DNA of 64,000 nucleotides from Podarcis bocagei (lineage: Eukaryota): NCBI GenBank assembly GCA_964188305.1, contig OZ076886.1; one strand, written 5' to 3'. Positions 1 through 13,057 of this stretch are shown here, in pieces (position 1 is the stretch's first letter; each line of letters begins with the position of its first letter). The notes beneath the pieces were generated by a model that saw only the letters and a program-made list of their open reading frames with translations, ran no database searches and had not been told where the DNA came from. The position numbers were made by a program, and so were the translations under genes.

Positions 1-163
1 CAGGTTAAGAACTTTGCTTCAGGTTGAGAACAGAAATCGTGCTCCGGCGGCGTGGCGGCAGCAGGAGGCCCCATTAGCTAAAGTGGTGCTTCAGGTTAAG
101 AACAGTTTCAGGTTAAGTACAGACCTCCGGAATGAATTAAGTACTTAACCCAAGGTACCACTG
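1..163 (+). mobile_element. Tc1/mariner (Tigger-like) MITE, copy 1, truncated by the window edge
   Basis: Ends ...AGGTACCACTG followed by TA; same internal sequence as the copies at 38534, 58244 and 62114. Confidence 0.85.
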
Positions 164-516
164 TATCAAGGAAAGAGTGAACCAGCAACATATTCCCAAA
201 CTCCACGGTTCATGTGTCTAGTGTCAGTGATACAATGTGTACAAAACAGCATGACTCCTTTGGCTTTAATAAAATAAAGCTGATTCAGGATTGATGATGT
301 GTCAAGGCAAATGATCCTGAAAACCAAGAGGGAAAAATTATAACTCTGTTTCCAGTGTAGTACTGAAAACTAAGAGAACTCTTTCAATCTGTCAGGGCCC
401 TGTTATATTTAGAATTTAAATGAGAGTCATCAGCATCAATATTTTACAACTTAATCAGCACCGTCTTACAACCTCCTGGAATCAGCCACATAATCATTCT
501 AATCATCAATACTCAC

Positions 517-659
517 TGGATCTTGACAGCTGAGAACCTCCAGGATGCTGTTGAGTAATTCAACACAATACTTCTTCTCTTGGTTTTGTGCCTCTTCCCT
601 TGGATCCAGTAATTCCTTCAGTTCTTTGGTAATGACAGGAAGCAGGATATCTCTACATT
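517..659 (-). CDS. DOCK2: DOCK2 exon 26 (143 nt)
   Basis: tttcag|...|gtgagt; [47 protein letters not shown]; overlaps ORF 499..750. Confidence 0.94.
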
Positions 660-1004
660 CTGAAAGTAATAATTTGCTACTTAAGATTATCACAGAAATT
701 TTCCTGTTTTTCTTCCCAGAAAGCATACAATGCAGCTCCCCCTCCCACAACTATGCTTAATTCCAATCACTTCCCATGTAGAGCCTTCTGGCTTCTATCC
801 CCTTTCATCTTACCAATGTAAACATGAAGAAAGCAATTAGGATCTACAGAATGAATGTCTAAGTAACTAAAGGCAGTTCAGCAAAGAGTAATACCACATT
901 CTACACTTCATGAAGATCTGGCTGGTGAATGAATCAATCATTCTGAACAGAGTACATGTGTATGCTTTGTGGGTAATAAATGTCTTCCTGCAATGCCAAT
1001 TTCC

Positions 1005-1005
<1 letters not shown>

Positions 1006-1048
<43 letters not shown>
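1006..1048. repeat. (ATT)n microsatellite
   Basis: Directly visible. Confidence 0.95.
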
Positions 1049-1049
<1 letters not shown>

Positions 1050-2310
1050 ACTTTTCTTGTCGCATTAATAAAAGAGAAAGTGAAAAGCTGACCAAGAGCT
1101 AGAAAGGCAGCAAAATATACATTGAAAATGTGAAGCTTGCATACGTTTGACAGCAAATCAGAGCAAATAAATCCAAATGGCATGGAAAACTATGCAGAAG
1201 ACCAATTTGCCAAAAAACAAACAAACCAACAACAACAACCCAAACACATTATCTATGAAGCTGAGCTAAGTTCTGCCCACAACATTTATATTCAAGATTG
1301 TTCCTAGAACATCCTTGGAAAAGCAAGAGTGCCTCTTACTCATGAATTGTGCATATGCACACTACTTCAGATATTTGGGGAAAGGAGAGAAACAATGTAA
1401 CAGACACTCAGCATCTAAGCCAGAGATATAACTGTTCATGAAACATAAACATGCATCATCAAAACTCAAGAATGGCCATCTGTAACCCTACTCTTCCTAC
1501 CAAAATTTCACACCCAACATCCCCAAATGCCACCTTCAGCACCAGAAAGAAAACACTCATTTTCCCCAGCAACTTATTTTATGGTGAATAAAAAAATATG
1601 ACATATGAAGAATATAACATGGTGTGAAAAGCTGGGTGATGGTGGTGGTTTTATGTTAGAATATTAACTGGCCAATTCTGACACAGTCCCTAGTTATACC
1701 TGACATAGTATTGTTTAGTAGGGTTTCTGCATCTGAATCTAACAAGTCCCAAGGTGGTGAGATGCCTCAGAAGTATTGGGGTTGATTGTCACAGGTGAAA
1801 GGGGATCTTTATGAGGTATCACAAGTCAAAGGAAGGACTCCTGAAGCATTGACAATAATGCAGACAAACATTGGCTGAAAGGGGAGAAAATTATTTTACC
1901 AGCATTTTCCAATCCCAGTGCTTTGGTGAAGGAAGCAGCTTTTCAAGAACAAAACTTATGCCTCTGAGATCAAGGAAGGTGTGAAGGTGAGGCGTGGAAA
2001 CGGGTCAAGATCTCCATTGCAACTGGCAGATCAAGTTTGTATCAGAGGAAATGATTTTTTTTCTTGGAATGTGAATCATTTGGTTCTTTCCACCCCGAAT
2101 CCAACTTTAAAGGTACCTGGCACAATTCCACTGAACCTATTTGTTTGTGATTTAACAGGTTTCTTACCCAGTGGCACCTCTTTTATGTTTGCAATTTTCA
2201 GAGCAATTGTCCACAAAACACTAAAGGAGATTAAGTGATTCCCACCCAAAACTGCCACAGTTGCTCTTGTATCACAGCAGCTTTGCTTCAGACATTTTGA
2301 AGGATTCATG

Positions 2311-2499
2311 GCTCTCCCATCAGATGTCAAAGAGATAAACAACTACCTGACATTCAGAAGACATCTGAAGGTAGCCCTGTTCAGGAAAGTTTTTAATATT
2401 TAACGCTGTATTGTTTTTAACACTTGATTGGGAGCCGCCCAGAGTGGCTGGGGAAACTCAGCCAGATGGGCGGGGTATAAATAAATTATAAATAAATAA

Positions 2500-2564
<65 letters not shown>
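2311..2564 (+). mobile_element. L2-clade LINE 3' end with (TAAA)n/(TTA)n tail
   Basis: Typical squamate L2 3' terminus (GCCGCCCAGAGTGGCTGGGG...GGGCGGGGTATAAATAAA) followed by a microsatellite tail. Confidence 0.7.
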
Positions 2565-2565
<1 letters not shown>

Positions 2566-3658
2566 GGCCAGGAATCAGATTTTATTGGTTTCTAGCACAA
2601 AATCCCCTATACGTGTTTGTTTATAAATTGGGAAACCTTTATCCAGCCTGAGATTACATTCACTTCTGCCAGAATGAATAAAGTGAGAGTCATTTCTTGA
2701 AAATTCTCAATAGGGAAGGAAGAGGAATGGAGCAGATCCTAAAACTAATGGCTGCCTTTGCAGGAATACCTGCAATTACACTTCTGAAATTTGAGAGAAC
2801 TTATGCACTCAGAAGGAGTAACAATGCCTTCACATTAATCAAATTTTGCCCCAAATCAACAAGAACTTTGTATGGGAGATACCATATTTTAGAGGTATAC
2901 AGAAGGCTTTACTCATTTTGGAAGGATTGTGATGCTTGCAAATTTCATCCATTTCTATAAAAAGCAGGGCATTATAGCTGTGTCTACAGTGATTGGGGCA
3001 GAAGAATTAGACTGCCTATGTCTGACCAAATCAGGTTGTTATGAAGCACCAAACTGAAGTCCAAAGTGAATCTTGTGGTTGATGCACACCTATTTACACA
3101 AAACTATGCTCTTTCCCTATGAAAATATTTATTTACTCTCTTGCTTACTGTTTGAAATTGCTTTGTACTATTAGCTGTAATAACATCCAGTTTTCCCCAG
3201 CATACATTACTGAAGGAGGGAGAAGTCAGACGGAATGTCTGCAATACCCTTGCAGCCCCTCAAAATCTGTTTTTGGGGGTTGAGGGCTACTTCCAAAATG
3301 GAATATTGGGGCAGCGGCGCATGGAGGTACAACAGAAGGGGATTTGGCAGAATTTGGGAGGGGGGAATCTTGCCATTTGTTTGGATCAAATGTGGAAGAG
3401 CTGATAAAGTTTGGGTAATGGTAATCCCTGGCCCAGATGGAGTGGTGGCTGTTTTTAAGCTTCTTAAAAGCAATCCTTTCTATTCGTTGTAAATCCCAGC
3501 CACTGTCATTAATAATTGAGGTATACTTAGCAAGCACAATTTAGTACATAACCTGAAGCCTTACTTTTTGTGCAAATTTTAATTTTAAATATACTTTAGC
3601 TTGACATCCCTAGTGTATAACTTCAGCTTGTTTGGGTGAATTGATATATCTATGGAAT

Positions 3659-3660
<2 letters not shown>

Positions 3661-3695
<35 letters not shown>
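3661..3695. repeat. (AT)n microsatellite
   Basis: Directly visible. Confidence 0.95.
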
Positions 3696-3699
<4 letters not shown>

Positions 3700-4287
3700 C
3701 TTTTCAGAATTTATTATGAAGTTACACTCTTGTGGCTGCAAAATATACGAAAATAACATTTACAGTGCTTAGTCAGAACATCTCTGGGGAAGAATATATT
3801 TATGGCAGGGGTAAGGTGCATTTGTTCTGTGACCCAATAAATAGAAGTTTTTTGGCAGCTGCCCAAGTCCTCAGCTCTTATCTTTTAAAGCTTGTAACTC
3901 TTTATTCAAGGGAGGTAAGATAAGATGAATTGGGTGCAATTACACAAACAGGGTATTAAAAGCTCGCATTATTATTGAACTTAAAAAGCTGAGTGAAGGC
4001 AAGGACTGAAACAGGAGGTACAAATTAATGCATACAGGGTATTTATAATACCTACACTCCAAGATGATGGGAAACTGCATAGACAATAGAATGAGTCAGG
4101 AAGACCTGACAATTACGGTAGGTCCTCTTGAGATGTACCCACAGCTGGGAGCTGTTTTTCCATGCATGGATCCCACGTTGCTTCATTCACATGGTCTGAA
4201 TGAGGCAACCATTTAGGCGGGGCATCAAATAGGTCTTTCCCATGGTATATACTGTCCTGAAACCATGAGCGCATTCTGATACTTCTA

Positions 4288-4519
4288 CAAGTGGTACCTC
4301 TGGTTAAGAACTTAATTCATTACGGAGGTCCGTTCTTAACTTGAAACTGTTCTTAACCTGAGGTACCACTTTAGCTAATGGAGCCTCCCGCTGCCACCAC
4401 AGGATTTCTGTTCTCATCCTGAGGTAAAGTTCTTAACCCGAGGTACTACTTCTGGGTTAGAGGAGTCTGTAACCTGAAGCATTTGTAACCTGAAGTGTTT
4501 GTACCCTGAGGTACCACTG
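4288..4519 (-). mobile_element. Tigger-like MITE, copy 2 (inverted relative to the other four)
   Basis: TA flanks; TIR CA(A)GTGGTACCTC ... GAGGTACCACTG; reverse complement of the other copies. Confidence 0.88.
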
Positions 4520-5120
4520 TATTACATTTGACGCCAAACAATTCTACCAAGACAGCATTTTTTTCTCACTCTTTCTGAGTGGAAAACAATAGCAGGAACC
4601 GTAATAGTTGAACTGGGTTTTTTTTCTCCTAACACATTCTGTACACAAATAGATTCAAGCATCCATTTTCATACTAGCATTAAAAGTTTCCTTTAACAGT
4701 AAAACAAAGCAGTACCCACACATCTAATAGAAAAAAATAATTTGTACTTGTCACTGTTTTTAATATATAATAATAACTTTGACTGTTCTGCCTAAGAGAA
4801 AATTGGGCTATGTGGTAAATGTCATAAAGTAGGAGAAAATATGCTAACTATGCAAGATGGGTTGCCTGTTATTTATGCAGCACTGTAGACCCAATTAATA
4901 CACATTTTCCATTAATAATGTTCATGAATTAACTAATAGCCAACTTACCATGTTAATCTTTATTATTAAAATAATGTAATCATGATCATTCTAGCCTTTA
5001 ATTTAGCTATGCAGGCATTTTATTAGAGATAATGGAAATTTATATAGCTATTTATATTCATTCCACTTCAGATTTCTTTAACAATAGCAGACATAATTGA
5101 ATCTTAATTAATCCTCTCCC

Positions 5121-5123
<3 letters not shown>

Positions 5124-5163
<40 letters not shown>
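5124..5163. repeat. (AC)n microsatellite
   Basis: Directly visible. Confidence 0.95.
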
Positions 5164-5165
<2 letters not shown>

Positions 5166-7590
5166 ATAACCAGTATTGTTTTCACCTATACTGGTGGTTA
5201 ACTGTTTTGAATACTGTATATTATTGCTTGCATAATAAGATATGCAAAAATTCTCATCTATGCTATATATTGTACAGTCTCAATATCAGTTATTTAAGCT
5301 TTTTCCCCTTTCAGATTTAAGTTAGGAAGCATTCTTCTATGAAGAGCAGTCAGGGTACACAAAGGACCTCCCAAAGTAAACCAACCCCAGGTAATTGCTG
5401 TGCCCCTGAAACTGCTGGTGGCAAGGATAAAAATAGGTATACAAGGAGAATTTGCTGGATGCCAAGATCCAGGTTTGGGGCAGGTACTTTTTGGTGAGAG
5501 AACCCCAGCAGAGATTTAAGATAAGAAAATATGCAACAAAGTGTAGAAAAATAGGCTGTTAGACCTTTAAAACATGCCATTGTGGGTTCCAAAATAGTCC
5601 CTTCCTCCCCTAGCATAGAAAAAGACCACATGTTTAGTAAGTGAACATGGTTTATTATTTACAAGCTCTCCAAAGGCAGAGTCATGTGCTTTTCCATAAA
5701 GCATTTAGAAAAAGATGCACAGACAGTATAACGTGGCTAAGTTACAGTGGTGAAAGCTCCTAACATTTTGGTATAGGAACTCAAGTGTGGATTGTGACAG
5801 CCATGCGGCCTGAGCTTGGAGTAGCCAGCTGAGCCCCCTTTGCATGCTGAGTTTCTCAGGTAGACTGGCGGCAGAGCTGTTGAAGAGGGGGAGGTTTGAC
5901 AGACCCTCACAAGGTGAGATGAGCCTGGCAAGACAGCTTTATGGTCTTAACCACTTCATGCATTAATTAAGAGTTAAGCATGTTGGTCATATGAGGCTGG
6001 TTATCTGACAAACTCCTCACCAGTTGAAACAGTAGGAAGCGCATAACATATTTTCCCCAGAATTGAACTGCCAGGGATAGATTGAAAGCAAGCTTTTAAG
6101 TTTGCATGATGCCACTGCCATCCCCATAACTACAGCCACCTGAAGCACTTCAAAATGAAATTTAAAACTTGGAGAGATCAACTCAAAAATCCCCCTCATA
6201 GCATTTGTTTTGACCCTAAGAAGCAGCGGCAACGACTACTTAGTTGCATTTTGAGCTGGGAACATTTTTCTAGGCCAAAACAAAATTATGCAGCCCAAGA
6301 GGTTTCTCTATGGAGTAATTTTGATAAGCAAACAGCATCTAAGGCTATTGCGGTGTATACATCCCCAGTTGCCATGTGCCGCTAATGAAGAATTCATTGT
6401 GATTTCCTATTTTTAAAAGTATAAATATTTGTACAATTCTGTAAAATTAATTTTAAGATGAAGAAATTTATAGACTTGCCTATTATAAGGGGTACTGTTT
6501 TCACAACAAATCTTTTGTACATTTGTATTCTTGCTCGAGTGGCAGATTTTAAAACAGAAAAGCTTGAAGCTTCCTCCACAGTACAGAAATGTTTACTGGC
6601 AGAGGTTTGTAAGTTCTTGTAGTTTATTTATGATTGACTTAATTTTCACATCTGTAAACATTAGTTATGGAAAATACCAATAAGTATCACGTTTTAGCAT
6701 AATTATTCACTGAGCAATTGAACTCGTTTGAAATTATTATCTTTAAAGACACCAAAAATACTTGCCCTTAACTGCATATTTTACATTCTGATTTAAAAAC
6801 TGATGTACTTGGATTAAACACACAGGAGCCCTAGGCTAGATGTTATACAACCAAATGATTCAGCTCTTTCCTTACATCATATTTTCCTATAATACAAAAA
6901 CTGGAGACCAAACTAATCATGAAGGCAGCAAATGAATGTATTGAAATTGGGCTACCACCCAATCACTGTAAAGCACTGTAATATAAAACAGAGAAGGGGT
7001 GGGTGGGAAGAGAGGGTTGAATCCTTACCCTTGCTCATGTTTGCCAATGCCCAATGAAAAGTTCCCTTACTGTTTCTTTCTTGGTGAGTAACCCTCACCT
7101 GGATAACAACAGAAGATCTTCCACTGATGATCTTGAACACTGACCCCAGGCTCCCTTACTTGCTTTGCAGGGAGTTGGATAATTTGAATATCTGAAGCTC
7201 TTATTTTCACTTAAATATATTTATATCCAGAACTTTAACCTATAATTGGCTAAGCCAAAGGAGGACTTTGGGTACTGATCTGGTTGACATTCTATTTGAA
7301 AGTTGCATATCAGTATCAGTAATATGATTCCTCTGTTGAGCATTGGTATGCTGCTATTTAGTACAACTCAACATGTTAAGAATATATGTTGAATATATGT
7401 TCAACCCCCACACCTATTTTCAAGGTAGAAGAAATCACAGAACAATGTGCTGAGTTAAAGTGAGATAACTTCCCATGCATGCTGTGAGTTCCTGGAATGA
7501 GGGTCAGGATACAAATGTAATAGACAGGCTACAAGAAAACATTCCAACATGGGAATTATTTCATATTAGTCCTTGGGCAGAAAATCCACC

Positions 7591-7750
7591 TAAGAACGTA
7601 AGAATCCTGCTGGACTGAGCAAGTCGCACATCTAGTCCAGCATCCTGTTCTCACAGTGGGAAGCCTGAATCTGAGTGGGACAGTACATTCCCCACTTGTG
7701 ATTCCCAGCATTTGATATTCAGCGACACAGTGCCTACAACAGCAGAGGTA
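7591..7750 (-). mobile_element. CR1 3' end fragment
   Basis: TAAGAACGTAAGAATCCTGCTGGA...CATCTAGTCCAGCATCCTG resembles a reverse-oriented CR1 tail. Confidence 0.55.
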
Positions 7751-8516
7751 GTTTTACAGCAGAGGTCAAGTTGCTAAAATTTATTGTCTCCAGGAGTCCA
7801 GTATCAGCTTGCTATCTTCGGCTTCAGCTTTTCTACTTGAAATGTTATCACTAAAAAACTCATCTATTCATAAGAAGTTCGGTAAACATTCAAATCGCAA
7901 GAATATTTGCCAATTTGATATAAGATTTCCATGCCCCTGCTTAGTACAGCAGATTTCAGCAATAGAAAATGCAATTTCACGAGCTTCCCTTTGTATGTGT
8001 GAGTAGTGCTGACTAATAAAACTCTCGCAATTGCATTTGCATAGATTTTTAAATGGAAGCTATGATTTCATGACTCTCATTTTGACAATATATGTGATAT
8101 CATAGGTCCATTTTAAAACAATGTTATCTTTAATCACTGGTGTATGAGGTAAATTTTTGTTCCAAGTATTTTATTGTTTTTAAAAGGAAGTGTTTTAAAG
8201 GTATTAAAAGGAAAATGGAGGGGCTTATCAAAGAAAAAGACTGTTTCTATAAGAGTTAAAGTACACTGTGATGTTAAATGCTTTGAATTTAATTCACAGG
8301 TTTTATAAAACTAAGGTGGCATCATTGGAGGAGGTGATAATGATCAGGATTGTTGTAAAGCAGAGAAAGTGAAGCTGACTCTTTCATTTGCAGATGTAGT
8401 CCTGAGGAAAATCCCTTTTCTGCAACCAGAATTTGAATTGATAGGAAATTCCCCATTTGTGCTAATGGGGGATTTTCTCCCAATGTGATTACCAGCTTCA
8501 GAGGAGAGATTTACCT

Positions 8517-8782
8517 CACCTACTCTCAGCACCTAGGAGCATCATAACTAGATCCTGGAGGGACCTGTCAGGAGTGAACATGGACCTCTGGTACCAAACT
8601 GTATGGGAAACAGCCATACTAGAAAAGCTAGAAAAGCTAACCAACAAACTGAAAGTAGAATGGTATCTTAGGCCAAATGTAACTGATCTGTAGAAAAGAC
8701 TCTATGAACTGAAAACAGAGACACTATATATATCTTGGTTATCCATGAAAATCTTTCAATAAAAAAACATTTTTTTAAAAAA
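8517..8782 (+). mobile_element. L1-clade ORF2 C-terminus remnant with A-rich tail
   Basis: Reads HLLSAPRSIITRSWRDLSGVNMDLWYQTVWETAILEKL(EKL)TNKLK, like the end of non-mammalian L1 ORF2; followed by AATAAA and A-runs. Confidence 0.6.
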
Positions 8783-10309
8783 TGCAGAGGTAGAAGGGGT
8801 TAATTTCTACCTTCCTGCTTGCTGTGATCGGGATAATTATCAGCCCTCACCCTCAGTCGATGCTATTTATATTTTAAATGCCAAGACAGCAAATCTAGTG
8901 TGGCCCTAAGTGAAAGTAGTACAGAAGGCAATCTATATAGTTTTATCAATGGAAGTGTTGCTTAGCCTTACCGAAGCTTTAAAATGCGGTGAGATTTAAA
9001 TGAAGAAAGCAGAATGGAACTGAAAGGCGAAATGTGAGGAAAAGGCTACACATCCTTCACTCTAAGCTGTTGCTCTTATCAAAACTCACATTTATCCAGA
9101 CCTGTGTTAGATGCAGGCTGATTATTCTACAACACATCAGTGAAGGCCTAGCATTTTATAGAAATAAAACATAATTGCTGAATGCAGTTGGAATCTTTGG
9201 TTTCTTCTTCTTTTGCACCTACCAGGTCACCTTCCTTTTGAGCCATTTTTGAGGCAATGTGCGCTGGTTCTGGTATTGCTTGGTCTCATGACTTGAATTA
9301 TAAATGTTAAAATTAACAACACTTGCTTATTTTTTAATAGTTCCCCAACTACAATTTTAAGATGTGGAAATGATGAGCTTCATAAAATATTTGGCATACG
9401 GGAAAGCCCCATGGTCTTCTAAAACGAGGTTCACTTGGCAAATCTCTCAAGGAGTTGCACAGTCATTTGGAACAAACTATCCATTAAGATAAAGAAGGCT
9501 ATCCTGCAGAATTTGGGATCTGACTTCCAAAAGATCAAAATACATTAATTTTAGTTATTTTATTCAGCAGTTCTTCAGTGTAAAGCATTACTATCCAAAT
9601 GAAAAAACTCCCAATGCTCTTAGTGACTGAAATTCCTAAAAGACTTCACTGTGGGCACCTGTGCTTTGCAATTGTGTTGCTTTTTAGCTATGAACACCAA
9701 ATACAGGGGAGAGAAAAAGGCACATGTCCTCATCTTAATCATAGTTAGACAAAATCAAAATTAATCTCAAACTACAATGTTATTCTCACCTAACATTTCT
9801 GTGAAGTAATTAGCATTCTCTTACGTACAAAGGCAGCAAAATATTGTTTTAACCTATTTATTTTGACTTCTGTGGATGTGTTGTTTGAAGTGGGAAACAG
9901 AGTCTGACAATCTGAAGGGAGTATGTTCATTTATTTACTCTCATTAAATTTTGTAAGAGCTCTTGAGCCTATTGTGAAAGCCTCTAGGCACAATTAAAAA
10001 TGGATTGCCTTTCTTACCAACAATGGAGAAAGGGACCTGACAGTTTTGCAAATAACTTCTCAACCAGAGTTAGAAACACTCTGAATAACACTTCTCTATT
10101 GCTACTAGACAAGGGATTTCCTTTTGGCAAGGACCTCTGCCTTCCAGATATCAAAGATTCAGGGGGAAAGCTATCAAGATTTTCTTCCTCTAAAATTTAT
10201 TTAAAGAGAGAGCTCTCAAGGGAGAGCTAGAAAATTGCAGGTCACATGGTTTAACAACTGTCCTGTGTTATTTCAAAGAATCATAATTGTTGGAAATGAT
10301 TTTTCATTT

Positions 10310-10396
10310 CTACAGACAATGAGGGTCATCTAGTCCAGCCTCCTGCAAAAAATGAAATATTTTGCCCAGCGTGGGACTTAGACCCACAACCCTGGT
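10310..10396 (-). mobile_element. tRNA-Lys-head/CR1-tail SINE, degraded
   Basis: Reverse complement resembles the copy at 18290-18416 (GGGTCATCTAGTCCAGCC...TTTTGCCCAGCGTGGG). Confidence 0.55.
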
Positions 10397-10469
10397 GACT
10401 GAGCTATTCCAGCAGGATGTGGAAAAAACAATTAAAGCTAGATTTGTTATGCATGTAGAAGAATAAGCC

Positions 10470-10650
10470 TTTGTGAGAAAGCATAAACATAGCTTCTGCA
10501 AAGGGAATTCTGCCTCACCCTGAAGAAAAATTACCCTATGTGGATTGGGGTTAGATTGGTTAACATCATATACTTGGACCTCCAAAAAGCTTTTGCCAAA
10601 GTTTCTCACCAACAGTTCCCAAATAAATTTGGGGTAATAGAATGGATCCA
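10470..10650 (+). mobile_element. CR1 reverse transcriptase fragment
   Basis: Degenerate VNIIYLDLQKAFAKVSHQ motif, corresponding to CR1 RT DIIYLDFQKAFDKVPH. Confidence 0.6.
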
Positions 10651-11185
10651 TATGGATGAGTACTGATCAACTGGCAACCTCATATTAAGCTATTAGAGAA
10701 GTTAAGTCTCCAAGGAAAGTCTAAAGAGTTTTCACAGGGTCCATTTGTGAAGAGCTGAAGGTCTGTGGAATGTTTATAGAAACTTCTAGGCACTCTGCAT
10801 ATCATGGCTGCTGCCAGCCTGAGCCAGGAAAAGAGGTGCACAGGCACAGTCTCTTTCCCCAGCTCAGGCTAGCAGTGGCTCAGGCTGTCCACTTTATCTC
10901 TCTTCAAGATAGGGCAATCCAAATTACAATACGAAGAAAAATCTCATGAAAGGAAAAGCTAGTAAATTGGTTTCTTTGCTTTTCCAGAAAACAAATAATT
11001 TGCACATTTTCAAGGTGGTGCTGCTTTTACCACTAGCATGCTGTGTTTATTGAATGGTCTGCTTCATAGTAAGGAGCTCCCTAGTTAGAGGAGGCATGTA
11101 ACCATACTATTTTATACTCACTTTTGAAGTAACATTTATTGATTCCAGCGAATGTAAAGTCTCTTGCAGCATTAGAACAAACAGT

Positions 11186-11300
11186 CTTGTGGCACCTTAA
11201 AGACCCACAAACTGATTGTGGCGTAAGCTTTCGCGGAATGGCACAGTGGGCTTTGGTGCACAAAAGCTTAAGTCACAAAAACTTGAAGATGCCATAAGGC
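11186..11300. mobile_element. Palindromic Penelope-derived element
   Basis: Imperfect inverted arms TGTGGCACCTTAAAGAC..GTGGCGTAAGCTTTCG / CAAAAGCTTAAGTCAC..AAGATGCCATA; related copy at 63555-63751. Confidence 0.5.
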
Positions 11301-11360
11301 ACTTGAAACTCATTTAAGCAGATGCACCATGTATTATCTTTTATTCTGATACAAAGTGTT

Positions 11361-12165
11361 TCAGAACATAATCATCTTAGAAAATAAGGAAGGTTGCACA
11401 CAGATTCCCGAAGAGTCACAGCTCCTGGGGGAAAATACCAAGGATGATTTGCCAGCCCTAAAGGATAGTTTAGTGTTGATGCTGGAAGTACAATCTGAAA
11501 TGATCTGAGAAGAAAAAGTGACTAAGCCTCCTGCAGTAGTATCAGTGCTGGAAGCAGTGGAACAATGTTGTGCTGGAGCTATGACGTTGGAGGAGGAGAT
11601 GGAATTCATGGAAAGAGGACTCTGTGTACAGCTTGGAATCATCTCAGAAGAAAAAGTGGCCGTGCCTCCTGCAGTACTATTGTTTGGGCTGTGAATTAAT
11701 GTCTACATAATTTGTAATCAATTATGGATATTGTATTATTATATAAACACAGCGAAGAAACTCATGAGGAATAAAGAATAAGGACCAAATGTCTTTTTAA
11801 ATCAGGAGGTAAAGTTGTGGTGTTAGACTAGAGAAAGATTAAAGGTTGATTCTTACTTATGAACTTCATGGATGGGAAGGAAAAGGAATGAAACTGAGAT
11901 GCCTGGATTTAACATCAGCTAGCAGAGGGAAGAATAACTGGACATTACTCTGGACTGAACACTGGATTATTATAAGGAACTTTTGCAGGCACAACTGACA
12001 AATAGATAGTTGGAAGTCACTTTTACTTATGTCTTTCTCTTTTCTGTTGTTATCTCTGTGTCTGCTTGCTTTTCTCTTTGTTCTCTTTCTTATTTCTTGT
12101 TTTGTTTCTTTTTTATTGTATGTTGAAAAGTTTTATTAAAACTTTATTTTAAAAAAATAAAGAAA
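11361..12165 (+). mobile_element. Unclassified retroposed element with a decayed acidic-repeat ORF and A-rich tail
   Basis: About 105 codons with one internal stop and an in-frame 138-bp-period repeat, then a T-rich UTR-like tract and an A-rich end. Confidence 0.5.
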
Positions 12166-12689
12166 GGCAGTTTAATCTGAAAGTGAGGTGGTGAAAATGA
12201 ATGGACAACAGCTGAATTATACTGGTGGTGGGTATGTTTTGCTGAGGTGTGTTTTGCACCAGCACAAATTATTATAGGAGCTCCTATATCTTATAATGCA
12301 TGCTTTATCCTGCAAACGGGTGCTTAAGACACTGTTACGATAATTAACTTATAAGCATCAGCAGAACTGAGGAAGCAGGAGATGATAAAGTGTTTTTGAG
12401 GCATACTCTGCAGCATTTTTTGCAAACACTGAAGAGGCACAGAAACACCTGGAATTCAAAACATCTCTCAAACACCTAATGCAAACTGTTAGCCACCAAA
12501 TAATTGATGTGTGCCATAGCATATCACTAGCATTTCTCAAATGCTTTCAAGGATACAACAATTAAAGAATCAGTAAGCCCTTTGTTTTTAAATAGCAGAG
12601 CATATTGAAATGGCTCATTCAGTCATTAAGTTTGTGATGGATATGCAGCCTGTCTGCAGATGTCATGCAACGTCTGGATATCCCCTGGT

Positions 12690-13057
12690 AGAAGGGAAGA
12701 AATCAGTGGTCTTGTTACATCTTGTTACATGTGGTACCACTGATGTGGTGGAATGCAGTCATGCAGTCCTGGAAGCAAAATGAAGGTTGCTAGGTAGGAG
12801 GTTGAAAACCAAGACCTTCAATGTAGCTTTCTCTGAAATGCTACCTGATGAAAAGGCAGAGCCAGCTAGACAAGCACAGCTTGGGAGTCTTAATGGGCAG
12901 ATGAGACAGTTGTATCAGAAGGAGAAGTTTGAATATGTTTAGGGCAACATTATGGAACAAGCCAGGCCTGTACGAAAGGGATGGGCTCCACTTGAACCAG
13001 AATGGAGCCAGATTGTTGGTGCTTAAACTCAAAAAGGCAGAGCAGCTTTTAACCTGA
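12690..13057 (+). mobile_element. CR1 ORF1 (SGNH esterase-like domain) remnant
   Basis: Degenerate VVL.HVGT.DV, then RRLKTKTFNVAFSEMLP, then NKPGLYERDGLHLNQNGARLL...; DGLHL is the CR1 ORF1 esterase motif. Confidence 0.75.

Noticed and set aside
6017-6232. Possible alternative first or cassette exon ending at a GTGAGG donor in intron 25
   Set aside because: The ATG-containing frames do not match the phase of exon 26, and there is no recognisable homology
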